From positions 293,201-357,200 of the forward strand of contig OZ287711.1 of the NCBI GenBank assembly GCA_965649825.1: a DNA stretch of 64,000 bases, read 5' to 3'. This document shows, in pieces, positions 57,601 through 64,000 of this stretch. Position 1 is the stretch's first letter, and each line of letters starts with the position of its first letter. The stretch is from Penicillus capitatus. Taxonomy: Eukaryota; Plantae; Chlorophyta. A program made the position numbers and the translations under genes. The notes under the pieces are model-generated. The model saw nothing but the letters and a program-made list of their open reading frames with translations, made no database searches and was not told the origin of the DNA.

Positions 57601-60600
57601 AGACAGGCGATTCTGCGACAGCAGTGTGAGCAGAAGCGAGAGCTGAGAGACATCGAAAACGACATTCTGGATGCGCTGGCGACGTCCAAGGGGCGTCTGC
57701 TCGAGAACCAAGAACTGCTGCGGTGCCTAAAGGCTGCCAAAGACCGCAATATGCAGATCCGGAAGGACATCGAGGCGTTGGATAAGATACAGAAGGAGGT
57801 GGAGACGACACGCGATCAGTACAGACCCGCCGCCAAAAAGTGAACCGCCGCCGCCGCCTCTTGCTAAAATACACCGTCGTTTTGCTGCAGATCCGTGCTG
57901 CTCTTCACAGCTCTGCAGTCTCTGCAACTTCTGAATCCGCTGTATCGCTTCGGGACACCGTCTTTGCTACATCTCTTCGAGAAAACGCTGGAACGGTCTT
58001 TTCGCTCCGAGAAGAGAGCAGGGGATGTGCATCAGAGCGTCGCCAGTTTCAACGGTCTCTTCATCGCGGTCCGTGTCTTTGGGCCACTCGTCGAGCATCG
58101 AGGGACCGGTCGATGTGTTTAGTCCCTCTGGCGTTATGTGGAGCTATGTCTGTATAAGGAGGACCGCTGGACAGCCGCCTTTCAACTTTTTCGCACGGCG
58201 TTTCCCAGTTTGGCGATTGAGGGGCAGGAATGGGACGTCCTAGAGCAGTGCCTGGCGCCTTCGGCACAAGACACAGCCGAAAACGCCGAATCCGTGCCGC
58301 AATGGATCGCCGCCACGCGCGCCGACATCTTCCAGAGATCCGTCACGAAGCTGCTGCCTCAGCTAACGCACCTCTGTCGCCGCGACAGAGCGACGCGAAA
58401 AGCAGCCGACGCCCAAAGCGCCCTGTCATCGCTGCCACTCAACCCGCTACAGAAACTCATCCTCTTCGCGCTCTCCTATCCCCACAGGTAGGTGCGCCGC
58501 CACTTCAGCCGCCACCCATCGCCCGCCCACCATCCGCTTGGTAGAGTGCACGAGGGAGTCGAGACGTTGATCGAGGCGTGCTTGGAACCGAGGAGAGACG
58601 AAAGGACGTGCAGATTCGCCGAGGCGTTGCACGTAGATCATCCACTTCTCTTTGTCGTAACCCCAGGCGCCGAGCCCACCGACGAGATCCGGACATTGGC
58701 TCGGTCGTCGGCGGCACTGCCGCTGGAGATATCGATCAGTCCAGGCTCAGAAGAACAGTCCATCTCGGAAACCGTACGATCAGCTCGGGAAGGTATGACC
58801 CATGGCTCCGTGCATTTCTGGGCAGAGTGCTGGCGAACAGGCACGTGGATCCTCATAAAGAACATTCATCTCTCCCTTGACTTCGTCCACTGGCTGGACG
58901 GCGAGTTCGGCCACTGCGCCAAACGTGCTGGTTTTCAGCTGTTCCTAACGACGGAAGATGTCGAAGGGCTTTCAACGAAGATCCTACAGACGTGCACAAA
59001 AGTGACATCCCGTACGCGATCGGACGATGCCTGGATGCGTTGTCTGCAGGTGGTGTGCCAAGCGCCGCCAGGATTTCGGCAGAACTTCGTGCACAGTTGC
59101 CGGACACTAATGCGACAGCCGTCCATAGACGCAACCGAGCCCGTGCCTTCTATGCGCTATGCATCACTGGTAGCCGTGCTCTCCTGGCTGCATGCCGTTG
59201 TCCAGACGCGGCGCGAAGCGGGTGCGTGGAGAAGGGCGTACGTTTTCTCGTCGAGCGATCTCCACGTGGCGATGTGGTTGGCCAAGCCGGACGCGAGGCA
59301 GCCGCTTCGTTGGGAGATCATCCGCGGTGTCCTGCAGACGGTTGTCTACGGCGCCGTCATCGACGAAGCTTCGGACGTGCAAGTGAGCATATCGCGTGTG
59401 CACTTCGACGGCGACTCCTTGGATCACACTAGATCCTCCAAGCCTGCATCGAGCGCATCGTGGATCCGGGCTTTCTCGAGATCGACGATGTGTATGGAAA
59501 CCGACTGCTCAGTCTGCTGTCTGGATCCGAGTTTGACGACGGGCAGATGCTGGAGATGCTGGATCAGTGGAGCACGGATGGTGTTGTGCCATTCGTCGAG
59601 CTAACCGTAGGCGCCAAGGGGCAGCATCCCATCCAGAGGACGACAGATGTCGTTCGCGATCTCCGCAGACTCAAGGGGCCGTCGCAGAAACCATCGCCAT
59701 TCTGTAGGGAACACTCGAGGAGCCATGTCATGTGCGAGCACACGGAGGCGGCGGCGGCGGCCGTTATCGAAGCAGCTGAGGAGAAGCTGGCGACGATCGA
59801 GAGTCTCCTCTCTCACCTCGACGCACGTCACCTGTCGAACGCTGAGAACGGAGTCCTGGACAGCTGTCTATTGAAAGATGTGGATTTTGCCCGAACGCTA
59901 GCGGCACGCGTGCGTCAGACCGTACGTCGAGCGAGGGCCGCAAAGGAGACGCTCGTCTTCGCGTCGCTTCCGTCTGGCGGCGCCTTGGCGTTGATGCAGA
60001 ATCGACTGCCGAGTGCTTGGACGGCTGTATGGGATGGAGGACCTTCGGCAGGCGACGTCGCCTCCTACCTCAATGCTGTTGCTCAAAGAGTCCAGTACTT
60101 ACACCAACGTTACGCGTCGGCACAGCGTCTTTGCGTCGGCGACGGTCCGCGTCTCGGTCGTCTGTTTCGCCCGCAACTCCTGCTCGGGTGTATCAAGAGA
60201 CAGACGGCCAAGACGCTGCGCGTGCCTTTCGATAGACTGAGCGTCGACGTGAAGTGGCATCCTCGCGAGACGCCGTCGGAATTGCAGATACTTGTCGTTG
60301 GGCTGAAGCTGGAAGGCGCTCAGTTCGATGGCCAGCGACTCCTTCCCTTCGCAGAAGTACGCCGCCACCGTTTCCTTTCTCAGTTTGCCGACCGTTGCTC
60401 TGACGCTTTAGGGAGAGGAAGGTGCCTGTTCGCTTCCGCCCTGCCTGCTTTCGTGGGTCCCTTGCCAAGAAGATGCGGCGCAAGAGGGCGTTCTCGTGCC
60501 CGTCGTGGAAAGGCGCTCACAGGAGGAGGCGCTTTTGAGTATTGAATTGCCGTCGACGTCGCTGCTTGAAGCATCGGCGTTGTGCTCTCTATCGATTTTC

Positions 60601-60609
60601 GCCGAGTGA
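45663..60609 (+). CDS. DYNC2H1: Cytoplasmic dynein-2 (IFT) heavy chain, dozens of short introns
   Basis: WERRHWSQLF, AQGEAAL..ELSLWG, AAA1 GNPYGPAGTGKTESVKALG..FDEFNRL, GYGGRSKLP, HYDWGLR, AAA2 [23 protein letters not shown], stalk SLNEIRSLKMPP, and a C-terminal exon ending SIFAE* at 60609. Confidence 0.96.
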
Positions 60610-61033
60610 TGAGTGAGAACCTTACGAAACCGCCAACAACTCTTCTTAAATGCGTCATCCTTTCATCGTTTGCTGTACCGTTCTGCATTCGCGATCCCCA
60701 TCCCTGTTTTGCGTTCCTTTTCTTCCATCTCCTGATTTCACATTCAGACGCATCAAAAAAGCAGAAAACAGTTGACGATGCATCGCAAGAAGATTATTCT
60801 CCCTGCATCTTGACAAACACGTTAGAAATGCTAAACTCGCTTTGCGTGAAACAAAAAAGGATGACAAAGCGCGTTGCCTTCTTTCGCTTCTTCTGACAGC
60901 CCAATAGCCAAAACGAACGAATCCCGAGACCAGGCAGACGGACATAAGCGAAAAATAAAAACGGTTATTGATGATTGGGTGGCGGCTGCGTTGAGAATGC
61001 AGTCTGCGTTTGTCGGCGTTCGACAGAATCTGT

Positions 61034-64000
61034 CTATTCCGTTTCGTGAGGCTTCCTCGCCACATTGTCCAACACTTCCAACAAGCCGCTGCAAGAACTG
61101 TCGATCCTTCCTCGCATCTCCGTCTTGAATTCCTCTATCTCTTCCGACGGGTAATCTTTGCGCATTTTGCTCATAGCAGTTGTATGTAGGAAAACTCTGA
61201 CGTATCCTTTCTTTGGTGCATCCACCATAGTGACGGCATTATCCAAAAGTCTAGACGCAGCTCGCTCGCGGATTTTCGGGTTCTTCGTCTCGATCGCCTT
61301 TTTCAGGATGTCTTCGAACTCGTCAATGACGGCGCCTTGGGAAGCGCGTGCCGGCCCAGTTGCTGGCGGCGCATCGCTGTCCTCTTCACGCTCGGCTCTT
61401 GTCGGCATCTGGTCAGAGAGATAAGGAGCTGCAGATGCGAACTCTCTCAGCGCTTCCGCTGCCCTCTTCAGCACAAAGGCATCCTCGCTCTGATAGACAT
61501 TCCTCAGCAGCGGCAGAAGATTGTCTGCAAACTGTGGCGCCGCCGTTGCCACTCGGCTGACTGCCTTCAAGGCCCACAAACGCACGTGCTCGTCTTCATC
61601 CATACACCCCATGTTTACCAACGACAGCAGATCAGACGCGAGCTCTGGCGCAGCGGAGGCCAGATGGCCGACAGCTTCCATCGACCACTGCCGCACGTGG
61701 ACGCTCCTGTCCGAGCACATCCTCTCGAGCAGCCCAAAGATGTCTTTCGAAACGTGAGAGGCAACGGAAGAGAGTCGGCCCAGTGCATCGACCGCCCACA
61801 GACGCACGTAAACGTCATCGTCTAAGCAGGCTCTTCGCAACAGCATCAGGTTGTTCTTCCAGAGGTGAGGAACGGCGGAAACACAACTGATGGCTTTCGT
61901 CGCCACTTGGCGAACAGTTTCGTCTTTGTCCAGGAAGCCCATCGCCGCCAGGTGCAGCATTTCGTTCTTATTATCATCAGATCTGGCGGCCAGACGATTG
62001 ATGGTCACCATTCCTGCAAGACGGATCTCGGCTGACGTTTCTGACACTTTATCGCCACAGGCTTTCTCGATCACCGGCATCAAGGTCTTCAGCGACTCCG
62101 GTAAATCAGCAGCCAGACGTCCAGCCATTGCTGCCGTATCACGCCGCACACCGGCCGATCCGTTCTCGTACGTCTTTTTGATGATATCCAGAAGCGTCTG
62201 TTGCTCGTCTGGAGCTTTCTTGGCCATGTACTCCATCGTTTTGACCGTTTCCTGTCGAACCTTGTCATTTTCTCCTGAAAGAAGACGCTCGAGTACTGGA
62301 ATAAAAACAGACGCCTGGGACGTCTTCTCGTAGATAAAATGCCTCATAATCTGCACTGCCGTTCGGCAGACTTCTTCGTCTTCATCGTCACCGCCGCCGA
62401 TGATCATCTGCAAGATAGACTCGAACTCGTCATCTGTCACCGATGACAGACTGCCGATCACTTCCAGCGCCGCCCGTCGTGCAGAGCTCTTTAGACTGCC
62501 GATCGCTTCCTGGATCATCGGCAGCACGACAGGAAACAGTTCGCGCTTGTCTGTCAGGAGACTGATCACGGCTTGCAGTGCCGTATCCTGAACGACGGGC
62601 CGATCGTCCTTGAACATCTCGGTAAACAACGGCGTGAATCTCTGGAAGAGATCGGGCACAAAGTCCAGCAGCTTTCGCATCATCTGTATCCCGACATCAC
62701 GCGTCTCGAGATCCGAACTCTGGATGTTGTGCTGCGCCAGTTCCATCAAAATCTTCAAGTGCTTGTTAGATCTCTTGACAATGATGACGACGTCTCCGAA
62801 TACATCGTATCCCAGTGCTTTCTTGACCGTTGTCGTTTCTGTCAGCTGATCGAGGATCTCGGGAACAGCGGAGAACAGTGAGGGGCATTGCTGAAGCATG
62901 TGTCCCAGGATCTCGCGAAACTCTCGATGCTTCACATCTGTGTCTCTGATCAGCGAAACGGCAGCCTTGATGAGCAAAGCGACATCATCATCGCCCTCGC
63001 AGCAGTCTTTCTTTGATTGGGCATTTTCCAGCCCAGTCAGCCAAGCTTCGATGATGTGCAGCTTCAGGAGAAAATGCTGCAGACCGATGATCTCGATCGG
63101 TCCGTCGTCAAAGAATGACAGCAGCTCGGGGAGGTCTCCTTGTTCTGCCTCTGCCATGTGCTGTGCCAGGAACTGCAACGTTCTTTTATACCTGTTCAAG
63201 TACTTCTCTTCTCGCAAACAGTCGACGGCTGTCTTGCCGTTTGGCGAATCGAGATTCTTTAAGCTTTTCGCCACCCACGTCTTGGCAAAGTACTCTTGAA
63301 AGGTCAGATGCGGAAACTGATAGTCGACGCCTTCTTTCTTGAACAGCAAGAATCCGCTCCAGATCAATACTTCTCTGACGGTTAGGCGAGATACTCTTTG
63401 CTCGACGAAGCTCACACTGATGAGGATGTGATCTTTGCGCAGCGCATCGAACGCGATGACCTCAAGCGCCTCGAAGACATCTTCACGCTTGGCATTCCCA
63501 GCACGGAATCCCATTTTCTGTACGAAGCGATTCCAGATGTGGTTGACCATGTCGGAATACATGGCGGCCGGACTCCGCTGACTGAGGCTCACCCCCTCTA
63601 CCCAGAGGAAGCACAGGATGTAAGTCATCACTGGGATGTGCGCCACTTCCCACAGCGAATCCGTTCCTCTCAGAGCATCCATTAGACCTTGAGCGTCTGC
63701 GTCCGTTTTCTTGTGTCTGGTAACCATCTCTTTCTTCACGTACCTGTCGACCTGCTCGTCACTGAATCCCAGGCACTCCACTTCGAGATCGGTGAGTTCA
63801 CGCATTGTACGGAGGTTGTATGGACGCGTCAGCCAGAGGACTTTGCATTGCTTGCGCTTTGCTTCGTTCAGAATGGCTTCGGCTTTCTCGTCCACTTCAT
63901 CCCAGCCATCGATGATGAGCAGCGTCTTCTGGAGATCCAGGTGATCATCCACTTGGGCGCACAGCCCTTTATCAAATTCGCGATTTCTGGGAAAACATTG
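61034..64000 (-). CDS. NLR-like NACHT + HEAT protein, paralogue 2 (5' part beyond the right edge)
   Basis: Frame is open to the edge (QCFPRNREFDKGLCAQVDDHLDL). Walker B LLIIDGWDE, LWLTRPYNLR and YQFPHLTFQEYFAK; HEAT repeats collinear with 11992-16929. Confidence 0.92.
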   Translation of the reverse strand, partial: QCFPRNREFDKGLCAQVDDHLDLQKTLLIIDGWDEVDEKAEAILNEAKRKQCKVLWLTRPYNLRTMRELTDLEVECLGFSDEQVDRYVKKEMVTRHKKTDADAQGLMDALRGTDSLWEVAHIPVMTYILCFLWVEGVSLSQRSPAAMYSDMVNHIWNRFVQKMGFRAGNAKREDVFEALEVIAFDALRKDHILISVSFVEQRVSRLTVREVLIWSGFLLFKKEGVDYQFPHLTFQEYFAKTWVAKSLKNLDSPNGKTAVDCLREEKYLNRYKRTLQFLAQHMAEAEQGDLPELLSFFDDGPIEIIGLQHFLLKLHIIEAWLTGLENAQSKKDCCEGDDDVALLIKAAVSLIRDTDVKHREFREILGHMLQQCPSLFSAVPEILDQLTETTTVKKALGYDVFGDVVIIVKRSNKHLKILMELAQHNIQSSDLETRDVGIQMMRKLLDFVPDLFQRFTPLFTEMFKDDRPVVQDTALQAVISLLTDKRELFPVVLPMIQEAIGSLKSSARRAALEVIGSLSSVTDDEFESILQMIIGGGDDEDEEVCRTAVQIMRHFIYEKTSQASVFIPVLERLLSGENDKVRQETVKTMEYMAKKAPDEQQTLLDIIKKTYENGSAGVRRDTAAMAGRLAADLPESLKTLMPVIEKACGDKVSETSAEIRLAGMVTINRLAARSDDNKNEMLHLAAMGFLDKDETVRQVATKAISCVSAVPHLWKNNLMLLRRACLDDDVYVRLWAVDALGRLSSVASHVSKDIFGLLERMCSDRSVHVRQWSMEAVGHLASAAPELASDLLSLVNMGCMDEDEHVRLWALKAVSRVATAAPQFADNLLPLLRNVYQSEDAFVLKRAAEALREFASAAPYLSDQMPTRAEREEDSDAPPATGPARASQGAVIDEFEDILKKAIETKNPKIRERAASRLLDNAVTMVDAPKKGYVRVFLHTTAMSKMRKDYPSEEIEEFKTEMRGRIDSSCSGLLEVLDNVARKPHETE

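Noticed and set aside
271-63944. Hundreds of short or antisense ORFs in the supplied track
   Set aside because: They are shadows of GC-rich coding sequence or exon fragments with GTG/TTG starts that are not valid eukaryotic initiators.

Overview
This is eukaryotic green-algal (chlorophyte) nuclear DNA in the standard genetic code. Evidence: PsaO, an ESV1/LESV starch protein, SnRK2, BRUTUS, the flagellar genes dynein-2 heavy chain and CCDC146, and short spliceosomal introns (42-56 nt where I resolved them). The supplied ORF track is prokaryote-style and fragments the real genes. The window has two compartments. (1) An intron-poor accessory compartment (about 1-25 kb and 61-64 kb) holds a Ty3/Gypsy element cut by the left edge, two F-box-like/LRR paralogues, two paralogous GTPase-like proteins with a non-canonical P-loop and a variable hydrophobic hairpin, two NACHT-HEAT (NLR-like) paralogues, a decayed beta-helix repeat and an intronless SnRK2. 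(2) An intron-dense core (about 25.2-60.6 kb) holds PsaO, LESV-like, two secreted orphans, CCDC146, EMC1, a myristoylated orphan, BTS, a pseudo-cyclase/multi-TM gene and DYNC2H1. Best leads: a candidate algal innate-immunity cluster (NLR-like + atypical GTPase + F-box-LRR); a strongly enriched, orientation-independent motif (TCTCACTCTT, 16 copies found by eye, all in the core); a Gypsy pro/pol frame break that a host-sized intron would repair; and a catalytically degenerate cyclase fused to a membrane domain. All protein identifications are by-eye motif recognition; no database searches were run.
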